Origin: a virus
IMG/VR virus record: IMGVR_UViG_3300021964_000021
Span: 1-64,000 of that record
Reading direction: 5' to 3' (one strand)
Length of the DNA stretch: 64,000 nucleotides
In this document: positions 9,662 through 19,999 of the stretch, in pieces
Layout of the letters: each line of letters begins with the position of its first letter
Position numbering within the stretch: position 1 is the stretch's first letter
Notes under the pieces: generated by a model
Database searches by the model: none
What the model was told of the DNA's origin: nothing
Seen by the model: only the letters and a program-made list of their open reading frames with translations
Translations under genes and position numbers: made by a program

Positions 9662-10233
9662 AAAAAATTAACGAACTAGTACTAGGATTTACGATAGCAA
9701 TTATTGATTACCTCTATAGAGGTAGACACTTTCAAAGATTTTGGGTGCTTGAGGAAATTGCTCGGGCACCCTATTTTGCGTTTTTAAGTGTATTGCATTT
9801 TAGGGAATCACTTGGATTGAGAGGGCAATGGCACCTTCATTTGATGAAAGAGCACTTTGCACAGACAGTCAATGAGACAGAGCATCTTGAGTATATGGAA
9901 AGTCGGGGTGGTAATTCTTATTGGATTGATCGTTTTTTTGCCAGACACCTCGTACTTGTCTATTATTGGATTAACGTGGTTTATTATTGGTTGGCTCCTC
10001 GTGCTGCTTACCATCTCTCCTATGAAATAGAATTGCACGCTGCAGAAACATATGCACATTACCTTGCATATGAGGATTGGAATGATAAAAAAATCTGGGA
10101 GATAATGAATGATGAGATTCAACACTTCCAAGAACTTCAAGAAGCGATTAGGATTATCGATCCAGATTATTTGACTGTAAGGGAAAAGAGTTTACCTCCA
10201 TTCCCAGAATCTCTGGAGGAATTACTAAAATGA
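9658..10233 (+). CDS. ptox: Plastoquinol terminal oxidase (PTOX/AOX family)
   Basis: RFWVLEEIARAPYF, NETEHL, EIELHAAETY, DEIQH di-iron motifs. Confidence 0.93.
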   Translation: MKKINELVLGFTIAIIDYLYRGRHFQRFWVLEEIARAPYFAFLSVLHFRESLGLRGQWHLHLMKEHFAQTVNETEHLEYMESRGGNSYWIDRFFARHLVLVYYWINVVYYWLAPRAAYHLSYEIELHAAETYAHYLAYEDWNDKKIWEIMNDEIQHFQELQEAIRIIDPDYLTVREKSLPPFPESLEELLK

Positions 10234-10361
10234 AATTAGCAGATGTCCTATTATGGGTTGCCCCGATCTTTGTATTGGCCACGATATACTTCGGGGTACG
10301 AAAAGGTGAAAATAACTATTACGAATCAGACAAATACGATGGAAATGGATGTGCTCACTAA
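10230..10361 (+). CDS. ndhP: NdhP-like NDH-1L small subunit, 43 aa (not in ORF track)
   Basis: MKLADVLLWVAPIFVLATIYFGVRKGENNYYESDKYDGNGCAH: one TM helix, FG, and a tail matching cyanobacterial NdhP (FG.RNGFYD.D.Y.GNGSAH). Confidence 0.8.
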   Translation: MKLADVLLWVAPIFVLATIYFGVRKGENNYYESDKYDGNGCAH

Positions 10362-11676
10362 AGGAATAGTCATCTTCGGTGCCACTGGAGATCTATGCAA
10401 AAGAAAATTAATTCCTGCATTGTATAAACTCTGGCAGAAAAAACTTCTTCCAGATAATTTTTTGATTACTGGATGTGCTAGGAGAGAACCAACAGTACAA
10501 CAGTGGAAAGAATCTCTGGGTGAATATCCAGAAGAATTTTTGCACCATCTGGATTATGTCTCTGTTGATCTAGATAATGTTGATAGTCTATCTAAACTTC
10601 CTGACTATCTTGACGACAATACTTACTTCTTGTCCGTACCACCAGAAAGATATGCGAATGCTATCATCAATCTCAAAGAAGCAGGACTCCTTGAAGACCC
10701 AGAAAAAACTAGGGTGGTTATCGAGAAACCCTTTGGGTACGATTATAAATCTGCTAGTGCTCTACAGTCTGTGGTGGAGCGACATCTACGCGAGAAACAA
10801 GTATATCGCATTGACCATTATCTCGGTAAAGATACTGTTAATAACATCCTTGCCACTCGTTTTAGCAATATACTATTGGAACCACTTTGGAACCGCCAGT
10901 ATGTAGATGAAGTGCAAATCTTTGCTTCTGAAACTATTGGATGTGAAGGACGCTCACAGTACTATGAGACTGCTGGTGCTGTACGCGACATGCTACAGAA
11001 CCACATTCTTCAGGTACTTGCTTTGGTAGCAATGGAACCACCCAGCAAAATGAATGCTAGGGAAATCAGACGTGAGAAGACAAAGGTGCTTGCCGCCACT
11101 AAAATGAGTGAGAATATTATTCTTGGACAATATCATGGATACCGTGATGAAGAGGGCGTTGATCCTAATAGTGGTACTCCTACCCATTTTGCTGGTACTT
11201 TATTCATTGATAACTGGCGTTGGGAGGGAGTACCTTTTAACGTCCTAACGGGTAAGAAATTGCCATATCAATGTGTAGAGGTCGTAATCAAACTTAAAGC
11301 ACCACCGCTAAAACTCTATGAAGGTGAAATCAACGATCGTATTGTCATGCGTCTACAGCCTAATCCTCATCTGGACATTAGGATGGATATTAAATCTCCT
11401 GGGCTCAATGATAATCTTGAATTGGCTACACTCACTCACGACTACCCCCAAGATAGAGCAATCGACGGATACGAAAAACTCCTCTATGATGCTATAAATG
11501 GAGACCAGTCTCACTTTGTTCATGCTGATGAAGTTATGGAGAGTTGGAGAATTGTAGATGACCTTCTATGTACTGGTGATAGTTGCCCAATTCGCACTGT
11601 CCCTTATATCTACACTGGTGGTTGGGGACCGCACCACAAAATAGATCGTATTACTGAATGGGATTATCCAGCATAG
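10339..11676 (+). CDS. zwf: Glucose-6-phosphate 1-dehydrogenase
   Basis: IFGATGDL, VIEKPFG, YRIDHYLGK, RDMLQNH; start revised from 10243 to 10339. Confidence 0.97.
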   Translation: MEMDVLTKGIVIFGATGDLCKRKLIPALYKLWQKKLLPDNFLITGCARREPTVQQWKESLGEYPEEFLHHLDYVSVDLDNVDSLSKLPDYLDDNTYFLSVPPERYANAIINLKEAGLLEDPEKTRVVIEKPFGYDYKSASALQSVVERHLREKQVYRIDHYLGKDTVNNILATRFSNILLEPLWNRQYVDEVQIFASETIGCEGRSQYYETAGAVRDMLQNHILQVLALVAMEPPSKMNAREIRREKTKVLAATKMSENIILGQYHGYRDEEGVDPNSGTPTHFAGTLFIDNWRWEGVPFNVLTGKKLPYQCVEVVIKLKAPPLKLYEGEINDRIVMRLQPNPHLDIRMDIKSPGLNDNLELATLTHDYPQDRAIDGYEKLLYDAINGDQSHFVHADEVMESWRIVDDLLCTGDSCPIRTVPYIYTGGWGPHHKIDRITEWDYPA

Positions 11677-11685
11677 GTGATAGTT

Positions 11686-11693
11686 TATAAATA
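11686..11693 (+). promoter_or_regulatory. T4-type late promoter
   Basis: TATAAATA ahead of the structural cluster. Confidence 0.8.
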
Positions 11694-11716
11694 TATGAAA
11701 CCCAGTGTAGATTATA

Positions 11717-12052
11717 ATGGCAGCAGTACCATTGAATCTGACCCTAGAGCAGGGAACAGACTTCCAAGTAAACTTTACTGTAAGGAATAAAGATCAGTCT
11801 CCCCTCAATCTCCTTGGTTATACTGCATCTAGTGAGATGCGGAAGCACTATACTGCAACAAAAAAGTATGACTTCGATGTCACTTTTGTTGATAGAGCTC
11901 AGGGTAGATTGAGACTTACCATGACGGATGCTGTCACTGGAACTTTGGCAGAAGGTAGATATGTCTATGACGTATTTGTGACCTCTGCAAATGGAACCAA
12001 AACAAAGGTTGTCGCTGGTATGGTCTTAGTACAACCAGGAGTTAGCTTCTAA
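11717..12052 (+). CDS. Small virion structural protein
   Basis: LTLEQGTDF...GRYVYDV pattern of cyanophage structural ORFs; late promoter. Confidence 0.65.
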   Translation: MAAVPLNLTLEQGTDFQVNFTVRNKDQSPLNLLGYTASSEMRKHYTATKKYDFDVTFVDRAQGRLRLTMTDAVTGTLAEGRYVYDVFVTSANGTKTKVVAGMVLVQPGVSF

Positions 12053-12753
12053 TGGCAGATTACATAATCACGTTAGATGATGATCAAGACGCCAGTATTG
12101 GTACACCAGATTATAATATTGGTGTAAATTATGAGATTCCATCAAAGAGTGTACAGTATCAGAATTTAATTCTTGATAGTATTGCATCTCAATTTGATGG
12201 GGTAAAAACTACATTTGATCTTACTGTTAACGGTGATCCTTATACTCCAGTAAATGCTCAGGGATTGATCATATCAATTAATGATGTTGTTCTTAGTCCT
12301 GGGGTTGACTACAATGTAAGTGGTAGTCAAATTATCTTTACTAATCCACCTGCTACATCCAGCGACTTTTTTGGTGTTGCATTAAGGACAGTTGCAGATC
12401 TAACAAGAACAATTAATTTTGTTCTTGATAATGGATCTAATGATATTACTCCTGGAGTAAAGGGATCTCTTGGTCTTGATGTATCTGGTAGAATTGAATC
12501 TTGGACCTTAGTCTCAGAGAACGAAGGTTCTATTGTTATAGATATTAAGAAGGATAAGTATGATACTTATCCAGATAGTTTGACTTCTATCGTAGGATCT
12601 GAGTATCCACGGTTGTCAAGTCAAAAGAAAAATAGAGACGAGTCACTGTCCACCTGGACTACAGACGTTGTTGCTGGTGATATTTTAGATTTTAGCGTTG
12701 TCTCTTGTACTGGCATTCAAAAATGCTCATTGTTCCTTAGACTAATCCTATAA
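12052..12753 (+). CDS. Virion structural protein
   Basis: DSIASQFDGVKTTFDL...PGVDYNVSGSQIIFTNPP module seen in cyanophage baseplate/fibre proteins. Confidence 0.65.
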   Translation: MADYIITLDDDQDASIGTPDYNIGVNYEIPSKSVQYQNLILDSIASQFDGVKTTFDLTVNGDPYTPVNAQGLIISINDVVLSPGVDYNVSGSQIIFTNPPATSSDFFGVALRTVADLTRTINFVLDNGSNDITPGVKGSLGLDVSGRIESWTLVSENEGSIVIDIKKDKYDTYPDSLTSIVGSEYPRLSSQKKNRDESLSTWTTDVVAGDILDFSVVSCTGIQKCSLFLRLIL

Positions 12754-12764
12754 TTAAGGAACAT

Positions 12765-12772
12765 TATAAATA
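12765..12772 (+). promoter_or_regulatory. T4-type late promoter
   Basis: TATAAATA. Confidence 0.8.
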
Positions 12773-12810
12773 AATCATAGGAAACACATGTTCATTAGGA
12801 GTCCACTCAG

Positions 12811-14196
12811 ATGGCTTTATTAGTATCCGACAACGGTGAACTTCAGTCGCTCAGATACCTGGTTAATTCTGATAGAAATATCCCCAGAAACCTTATCTTG
12901 AAACTGTATACTTCAAATACAGTTCCAACTGAGACTGATGTTCCCTCTCAGACCGCATATTACGAACCCTACGACGCTACAGGTCTTGTAGGTTATGGCA
13001 CTGCGCCTTCCACAGGTTATCCTTCCATCATCAATGCACGTCATGATGAGGATTATTCCAGACAGTATGGAATCTTCCTGAACGGAAGTGAGTGGAATGT
13101 AAGAACCATTCTTAACCCAATCGCTACCACTACTGGCAGTGGTAACGTCAACGAGTACACGATCACGGTATCCTCTGTTTCCAATATCGCGGTTGGTCAT
13201 TATGTAAGCGGCGGTAATGTCGGATCTAACGCTGTTGTTGCGGCAATCGATGGTAACACTATCGTTCTTACTGTAAAGAACGCTGCTACCTTCTCTAACC
13301 AACCTCTTGAGTTTGGTGTCGGTACAACAACTGCATCTTATCCTGAGCAGACTTTCACCTTCACCTCTGCTGCTAATAACATCTATGGTTATTATCTGAT
13401 CAGAGCAAACAATCTGCCAATCTCCCTGAACGGTGTTGAGCACGCGGTTAACGTCGGAACTGGTCTGACCATCTCTAAAGCACAGACAAGTGGAACTATC
13501 GGTAACTCTTATATCGATCTCTTCCCCTTCGCTTCTTCCCCATCTGTTGCTGGTGTAGGATCTGAGTTTACTCTGACTGTATCTTCTAATGTTGGTATTA
13601 ACACTAGACAGAGAGTAGAGGGTGCAGGCATTGCTGCAGGCGCAAGAGTTGTTGGTATCATGAATACCACCACCATCGTTCTTGATAAAAAGAACACTGG
13701 AACAGTTTCTGGTGTTGCTACCTTCTATCAAGAGATTGTTGAGGACATTTGTGTTGGCATGGGTGTTACTCACGGTAACATCGGCGGTGAGGTTGCTGCT
13801 ATCCTCGATGACACCACCATTACTGGTATCGATGAGAAGACTGGTAGAGTCTATCTGAGCAGCGAACTGCAGAACAACATTCAGAACGCTACTGGTAACG
13901 TTGTCTACTTCAACTATGCTGAAGTAAGCGTTGGTGCTACTACTCACGGACTGGTCGCTGGTGATGTAATCTACGTTGCTGCTGGTGCTGCTAACACCAC
14001 TACAACCTCTGGTACTTACACTATCCACACCACTGAGGACGAGAGCACCTTCACCACCATTCCTGCGATGACAGGTATCGGAAGTGCAACTCTCTACAGC
14101 AGCATCTTCTTTGCTGAGAGATTCACAAATGGTCCTTACAACATCCAGAACAACGGTGACCAAATCAAAGTTACTCTGAACGTCAGCCTCGACTGA
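12811..14196 (+). CDS. Virion structural protein
   Basis: 461 aa, G/T/V-rich beta repeats, AGGAG RBS, late promoter. Confidence 0.7.
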   Translation: MALLVSDNGELQSLRYLVNSDRNIPRNLILKLYTSNTVPTETDVPSQTAYYEPYDATGLVGYGTAPSTGYPSIINARHDEDYSRQYGIFLNGSEWNVRTILNPIATTTGSGNVNEYTITVSSVSNIAVGHYVSGGNVGSNAVVAAIDGNTIVLTVKNAATFSNQPLEFGVGTTTASYPEQTFTFTSAANNIYGYYLIRANNLPISLNGVEHAVNVGTGLTISKAQTSGTIGNSYIDLFPFASSPSVAGVGSEFTLTVSSNVGINTRQRVEGAGIAAGARVVGIMNTTTIVLDKKNTGTVSGVATFYQEIVEDICVGMGVTHGNIGGEVAAILDDTTITGIDEKTGRVYLSSELQNNIQNATGNVVYFNYAEVSVGATTHGLVAGDVIYVAAGAANTTTTSGTYTIHTTEDESTFTTIPAMTGIGSATLYSSIFFAERFTNGPYNIQNNGDQIKVTLNVSLD

Positions 14197-14222
14197 TTAC
14201 TTTACACAATATACTTTGTCAT

Positions 14223-14258
14223 GGAGGGGTTGCCTGGTGCGATCCCTCCTATTTTTTT
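14223..14258 (+). terminator. Probable terminator
   Basis: GGAGGG...CCCTCC stem followed by T run. Confidence 0.6.
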
Positions 14259-14275
14259 AGGAGATAATAATCGCT

Positions 14276-17110
14276 ATGCCCGCTTTTAATGTAGGTGTAA
14301 ATTCAACTTTTGAACAGCAGCGTCAGATAATAAATGCAATCGCTGTTGATACCTTTGCATTATCAACAACTTTATCTGGTATTACTTCAGACGGTCTCGT
14401 AGTAACTTATAGCGAGGAGTCTGGAGTATCTACCGTTTCGGGATATGCTAGTATTGCAGGGGTTGCAACTTATGCCACCAATGCTGGAGTATCTACCTAT
14501 GCATCTTTTGCAGGAGTATCTACCTACGCTGGTCTCGCTGGTGTAGCAACTTACGCTGCCAGTGCAGGTGTAGCAACCAATGCAGATTATGCTACTATCG
14601 CTGGGTCTGCTGCTTTTGCAACTGTAGCGGCGGGTGCAACTAATGCAGACTATGCAACACAGGCAGGTGAGGCAGCGTTTGCTCCTTATGCTGGCATCTC
14701 TACCTATGCAACAACTGCTGGTGTAGCAACTAATGCACAGGGACTTACTGGATCTCCGAACGTAATTGTTGGTGTCATCACTGGTGGATTGTTTGTTGGA
14801 GATGGATCAGAACTTACAGGTATTAATGTAGGTGTCTCCACATTTGCCGACGTTGCTGGATTTGCTACTGCTGCTGGCAATGCTTCCACTGCTAATTATG
14901 CTTCCATTGCTGGATTTGCAACTGCTGCAGCAGGACTTACTGGAACACCAAACCTGAACGTTGGTATTGTTACAGCAACAAAATTTGCTGCAAGTGATGC
15001 AGAGTTTACTGGAATACTGACAGCACAAAGTCTTAAAGCAATCTCTGGATATATTTTATCTCCAGACAATCAACAGTCGATACAACTTCTGAGTGGTAGT
15101 GGGTCTGTAAACTTACCACTTGGTATTGGTACAGATGTTAATGTTGCAGGTATTGTAACTGCTTTGAGGTTTGTTGGTGATGGATCTCAACTGACGGGTG
15201 TTAATACTACAGGTGTTACTACCATCACTGCGGGTGATAATATTCTTGTTACTCAGACTGGGCAAGTTGCAATTATAACTGCAACATTTAGTGGTGGTGC
15301 AACAGGATTCTTTGAGGGAACAAACGGAGTTGGTATTGGCACAACTTCTAAAGTTGGTATCGGTACAACCATACCATCAGAGATGCTCACAGTTAAGGGC
15401 AACATTGACGTTGATGGTAATATTGTAGTAAATGGTGAGATAAGCGCACCTTCCAGAATTAAGTTTGGAACTGGTGGAGAGAACATAAAAATTGGTGATA
15501 TAACTGGTGGTAGTGGTGCTGCTAATGTTGCTATTGGTGATCAAGCGTTATCTTTGAACAACAGTGGTGCGGGACATAACATTGCTCTTGGACAACTTGC
15601 ACAATACGGTGTAACTTCTGGTCAATATAATACGACTATTGGTGATAGAGCAGGACAGAATTTGACATCTGGATCTTATAATGTTCTTCTTGGTGCATAT
15701 AGTGGTAATCAAAATGGATTAGATCTCAGAACATCATCTAATAATATTGTTCTCTCTGATGGTGAAGGTAATATCAGACAGTACATCAACTCCAGTGGTA
15801 ATGTTGGAATTAAGACCACAATTATTACTGAAGCACTGACTGTTGCTGGTGTTGTATCTGCAACATCATTTTATGGCACAGTTCCTGCAAGTCAGTTAAC
15901 AGGTGCTCTTCCTGCTCTTGATGGATCTGCTCTTACTGGTGTTACTGCTGTCGGATCTGGTGTAGAGATAAGAGGCAATGGAACCCCAGTTGGAGTTGCT
16001 GCAACATTTGACTTCTCATCTGGAACAAATCTTGTATTCTCTTCTGGAATAGCAACAATTACAGCATTTGTTGCTGGAATTGATACTTCTAATACTTCTG
16101 GGTTCAATCGACTTAATGTAACTGGAGTATCAACCTTTGCAAATAATATTCAATTAAATGGAACTAATCAGGTTCTATTTGGAGATAAGGGTAAACTTTA
16201 CGAGAATGGAACAGATTTTTATATTGATGAGATAGGATCTGGAGATCTTTACATTAGAGCATTTGATAGAATTAATCTTAGCAATTCTAATGCTGCCTTT
16301 GATATTGCATCATTTAACGTTGTTGGTGGGGTATCTTTATCTTATGGTACTGGAGGATCACCTGGACCAAGATTTGAGACTACATCGATTGGTGCTAGTG
16401 TTTATGGGCAGTTAGATGCAACATCTGCACTAGTTGGTTCTGCAGTCACTATTACTTCTGGCGGTATCCTTGCTGGTGTTGTTACCGCAACAACATTCTC
16501 TGGATCTGGATCTGGTCTTACAAACCTTCAATCTGGACAATTGACTGGAGCATTACCTGCCATTGATGGTTCAGCACTTTTAAATGTAACTGCTGCAGGA
16601 ACTGGTGTTAATGTTCAAGACGATGGGGTCAGTGTTGGTGCTGCTGCTACTGTAATTAACTTTGCGTCTGGTCTGAATGTAGTTGCCTCTGCTGGTATTG
16701 CTACTGTTACTGGAGCAGGGGGTGGTGCTCAGTCAAGAACCATCGTCAGTGGAGTGACAACAGCGATTGCAAATCTTGGAATCGGCAACACTGATATCAT
16801 TGGTCAGAAGTCTTATGCTCTGATGAAGGTTGGTCTATCTACGGCAGGTTGGATACGACTATATACTGATAGTACATCTAGATTAAATGATGTGAGTAGA
16901 AGTGTTGGAGAAGATCCAGCACCTGGTAGTGGTGTGATTGCAGAGGTTGTTACCACTGGAATTTCTACCCAGCAAATCATTACTCCTTTTGCTATGGGTG
17001 GCAACATGGATGAACCTGTTACTAATAAAATCTACGTCGCAATACAAAACCTATCTGGTTCGACTCAAACAATTACTGCAAACCTCACCATTCTTCAACT
17101 GGAGGCATAA
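14276..17110 (+). CDS. Tail fibre-like protein with 9-residue (A/S)TYAxxAGV repeats
   Basis: Tandem ATYAxxAGVAT repeats, VGDGSQLTG and LTGALPA.DGSAL motifs. Confidence 0.75.
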   Translation: MPAFNVGVNSTFEQQRQIINAIAVDTFALSTTLSGITSDGLVVTYSEESGVSTVSGYASIAGVATYATNAGVSTYASFAGVSTYAGLAGVATYAASAGVATNADYATIAGSAAFATVAAGATNADYATQAGEAAFAPYAGISTYATTAGVATNAQGLTGSPNVIVGVITGGLFVGDGSELTGINVGVSTFADVAGFATAAGNASTANYASIAGFATAAAGLTGTPNLNVGIVTATKFAASDAEFTGILTAQSLKAISGYILSPDNQQSIQLLSGSGSVNLPLGIGTDVNVAGIVTALRFVGDGSQLTGVNTTGVTTITAGDNILVTQTGQVAIITATFSGGATGFFEGTNGVGIGTTSKVGIGTTIPSEMLTVKGNIDVDGNIVVNGEISAPSRIKFGTGGENIKIGDITGGSGAANVAIGDQALSLNNSGAGHNIALGQLAQYGVTSGQYNTTIGDRAGQNLTSGSYNVLLGAYSGNQNGLDLRTSSNNIVLSDGEGNIRQYINSSGNVGIKTTIITEALTVAGVVSATSFYGTVPASQLTGALPALDGSALTGVTAVGSGVEIRGNGTPVGVAATFDFSSGTNLVFSSGIATITAFVAGIDTSNTSGFNRLNVTGVSTFANNIQLNGTNQVLFGDKGKLYENGTDFYIDEIGSGDLYIRAFDRINLSNSNAAFDIASFNVVGGVSLSYGTGGSPGPRFETTSIGASVYGQLDATSALVGSAVTITSGGILAGVVTATTFSGSGSGLTNLQSGQLTGALPAIDGSALLNVTAAGTGVNVQDDGVSVGAAATVINFASGLNVVASAGIATVTGAGGGAQSRTIVSGVTTAIANLGIGNTDIIGQKSYALMKVGLSTAGWIRLYTDSTSRLNDVSRSVGEDPAPGSGVIAEVVTTGISTQQIITPFAMGGNMDEPVTNKIYVAIQNLSGSTQTITANLTILQLEA

Positions 17111-17116
17111 GGATAA

Positions 17117-19063
17117 ATGGCAATTACTACAAACACTTTTAAGGTAAATGCTGGGTGGGCGTCATCTGATGTTATCACCCAGATGGAACAGGCAATGGTG
17201 TCTCTGGGTTGGGCTCAAGGTGAGATTACTGGATATATTGTTGGTCTTGGTTCAATCACTGGTGGTGGTGATACTAATGCACTAGATTATTATGAAGACG
17301 TAAGACCAAAATCAACAACTGGTATTGGTACTGGTGCTAGCTTTTATGTCACTAGAGATGCAAATTGTGTTCAAAACGTTTGGATTAACCGTCCTGGACT
17401 TGGATATACTTCAGGAGAGATAGTTACTTTATCTGCTGATGACATTGGTGGATTTGCAAACGGAGCTGAGGATCTCTCATTCCCAGTATGTGTTGATGAG
17501 ATAGTTGGTAATGGAACAACAATCTCTATTGCAGTTACTACTCAAACTTATCAGGGTAATGGTAATGCAGGAAATACTTATGTTTGGGAGTTTGATATAC
17601 ATACACCAGACAGAGCAGGAGCAGTTGGTGCTGGATTAAGTATTGTAACGGTAAGGGAAGGTGATACAATATCAATTGCAAATAGTTACAGTAGCACTTA
17701 TGATCCAGTTGTAACTCTTCCACACTTCTATACTGCAGATTCGACTGGTTGGGATGTAATTGCTGGTTGGGATTTAAATATTAATCCAGGTGATGGATAT
17801 TCACAATATACATTTAAGGTTGGGCAGGCAGGAACTTACTATTGGAAATCTCAAGGTAATGGTTTAGGTCCTGAGATGGGTAGACTTGTTGTTCTACCTT
17901 GGAGTGGTGATCCTGGAGATAGAACTATTGTTGGGTATGGAACTACTGCTGCTTTTTGGGATAAAGATCTTGTTGGATCTGGTAGACCATATGGTGTTCA
18001 AAAGCATCAGATAGAAGCAAATAAATTATATGGCAATACATTTAGATGCTTTAGGCAGGATAATAGTGCAGGAAATCTAGATATACTGTCATTTAATGAT
18101 TATATGCATTATGATGGAAATGAGTATTATCCAAATGTAGATAATGGACAGACTGCAGCACAGTTTAAGCATGGTGGAACGGGATATAGGAAGAGAGTTT
18201 GTGGTGCATCAAACTTAGACTTCCAAACAGATAACATTGGTGGAGCAACTAATCAAAATTTGTCTTTTTCTGAAGCAGATAGCACTCATGATTATAATAA
18301 ACTAGCACTCGTGACCTATGGAACAAACTACGGATTTGATTTGGATCTTAACTTGTTTAGATCTAGTATAGATCCAAGATTTGTTGTATTCTCATATAGA
18401 TATCCTACGCTGTCATCAACACACCTTACTACAAATACATTTGATACATTCTTCTTCCATAATTTTGAATCTACTCTATGGGATTATGACCATGTATTCC
18501 TTTCTGGAATGACGAAAATAATTCCTACGACTGGAAATACAATATATCCAGACATAACATTTAGAACTCATCTCAACACTAGTTACAACACTAGTGCTGG
18601 TAATGGACAGAAGAGAGCTGCTGAGTTCCCATGGAATGGTTATATAAGTTATGCTAGCAATGATGAGAATTATGTTGATACCACATATCAAAGTATGTCA
18701 TATCGGCAGGATATGACCACTTACCATGCTAGAATTTATTATAGATCTGAAGATCAACCAAAGACCTTCAGAGGTGGATATCCATATCAAACAGAAGACA
18801 ATGGAACTAGTAGAGTATCTCCAGAAGCAAACTTTAATGCAGTAATTAAAGGACTACCAATTAATGCTCACTTAATTCCGTGTCCATATTATATTCCTGA
18901 TGATTTTGGATTGATTGAGTTCTACTACAATGCTGCAAATGCAAACATTCAGCAGGGAGATACCTTTACGATTAGTCCAAGTGAAGTCTGGACAGTAATC
19001 ACTGCATCATATAATCAAACTACAGTTACTCGTGGAATTGCATTCTGTGCGAGGACTGTTTGA
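17117..19063 (+). CDS. Virion structural / fibre-associated protein
   Basis: 648 aa in late operon; GTGASF...NRPGLGYTSGE module. Confidence 0.6.
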   Translation: MAITTNTFKVNAGWASSDVITQMEQAMVSLGWAQGEITGYIVGLGSITGGGDTNALDYYEDVRPKSTTGIGTGASFYVTRDANCVQNVWINRPGLGYTSGEIVTLSADDIGGFANGAEDLSFPVCVDEIVGNGTTISIAVTTQTYQGNGNAGNTYVWEFDIHTPDRAGAVGAGLSIVTVREGDTISIANSYSSTYDPVVTLPHFYTADSTGWDVIAGWDLNINPGDGYSQYTFKVGQAGTYYWKSQGNGLGPEMGRLVVLPWSGDPGDRTIVGYGTTAAFWDKDLVGSGRPYGVQKHQIEANKLYGNTFRCFRQDNSAGNLDILSFNDYMHYDGNEYYPNVDNGQTAAQFKHGGTGYRKRVCGASNLDFQTDNIGGATNQNLSFSEADSTHDYNKLALVTYGTNYGFDLDLNLFRSSIDPRFVVFSYRYPTLSSTHLTTNTFDTFFFHNFESTLWDYDHVFLSGMTKIIPTTGNTIYPDITFRTHLNTSYNTSAGNGQKRAAEFPWNGYISYASNDENYVDTTYQSMSYRQDMTTYHARIYYRSEDQPKTFRGGYPYQTEDNGTSRVSPEANFNAVIKGLPINAHLIPCPYYIPDDFGLIEFYYNAANANIQQGDTFTISPSEVWTVITASYNQTTVTRGIAFCARTV

Positions 19064-19983
19064 TGGCAAATTATTCTCTTCCTAATTTAACGTCTGCCGT
19101 TGTTGGTGTTGCTTCAACGGCATACTCAACAAAACAATTAAGATTTTCAAAGATAGGATTAGATTTGCCTGATGGTGTTGGTGTTGGTAGTGAGAAGATC
19201 TTGGAATTAGATTCCATGGATCCTCTCTCTTATAATGGTGTCCCTAGCAACAGGTGGTCTGGTATTGGAACCAATACAAAATGGTACGACACTGGATTCC
19301 CTCAAAATAATGCTACGTTTTTTGGTAGTTATTCTTTTAATGGCAGAGATATTGTCTTTGCTGACACTGGATATGCGGGACTAGATGATGGTCCCGACTT
19401 CGATTTTGCAGGTGACTTTGCGATAGAAGTATCATTTAATTTGGCTGGAACACCAAATGCAATATACCCTTCTGCATTGATTGCTAGTTGGAATGACTTT
19501 GGTAATAGTGATAATAAGTTTATTTTATTTGCCAATAGTACACTTAATCTTGTTATGCAAATAAATGGTGAAGGAAATACATATACTTATCCATCTACAA
19601 TATCACTTAACACCAATCATCATGTAGTTATTACTAGAAGAGAAGGAGTTATCAAGTGGTGGTTAGATGGGAAACTTGGATCTGAATTCACTTATGCTAC
19701 AGCAATTGAACCAGTTTTAGGATATAAGATTGGATCTTATGATGGTAGTTCTGGTCAGTCTTTTGAAGGTGGTATTAGTCTTGTAAGAATGTATCGTGAT
19801 AGATCTTTAAGCGATACTGAAGTACGGAGTTTGTATGATCAACAGATTAATAGAACTCTTGTAACTGAGACTAACGGTACTAGAAGACTTATTAATTATG
19901 ATTTGAATATTACATCTGCCCTTCCTGCTGCTGAACCAAATAGACCAGTTCGGGGACAGTTGTATCCCAGGTTTACTAAATAA
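19063..19983 (+). CDS. LamG/concanavalin A-like domain protein
   Basis: DFAIEVSF, NHHVVITR, WWLDGK, VRMYRDRSLSDTEV. Confidence 0.7.
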   Translation: MANYSLPNLTSAVVGVASTAYSTKQLRFSKIGLDLPDGVGVGSEKILELDSMDPLSYNGVPSNRWSGIGTNTKWYDTGFPQNNATFFGSYSFNGRDIVFADTGYAGLDDGPDFDFAGDFAIEVSFNLAGTPNAIYPSALIASWNDFGNSDNKFILFANSTLNLVMQINGEGNTYTYPSTISLNTNHHVVITRREGVIKWWLDGKLGSEFTYATAIEPVLGYKIGSYDGSSGQSFEGGISLVRMYRDRSLSDTEVRSLYDQQINRTLVTETNGTRRLINYDLNITSALPAAEPNRPVRGQLYPRFTK

Positions 19984-19999
19984 AAGAAAGCGCGATTAG

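Noticed and set aside
10243-10338. N-terminal extension of zwf in the ORF track
   Set aside because: The region is better explained by the ndhP-like ORF in another frame; G6PDH homology starts near 10339.
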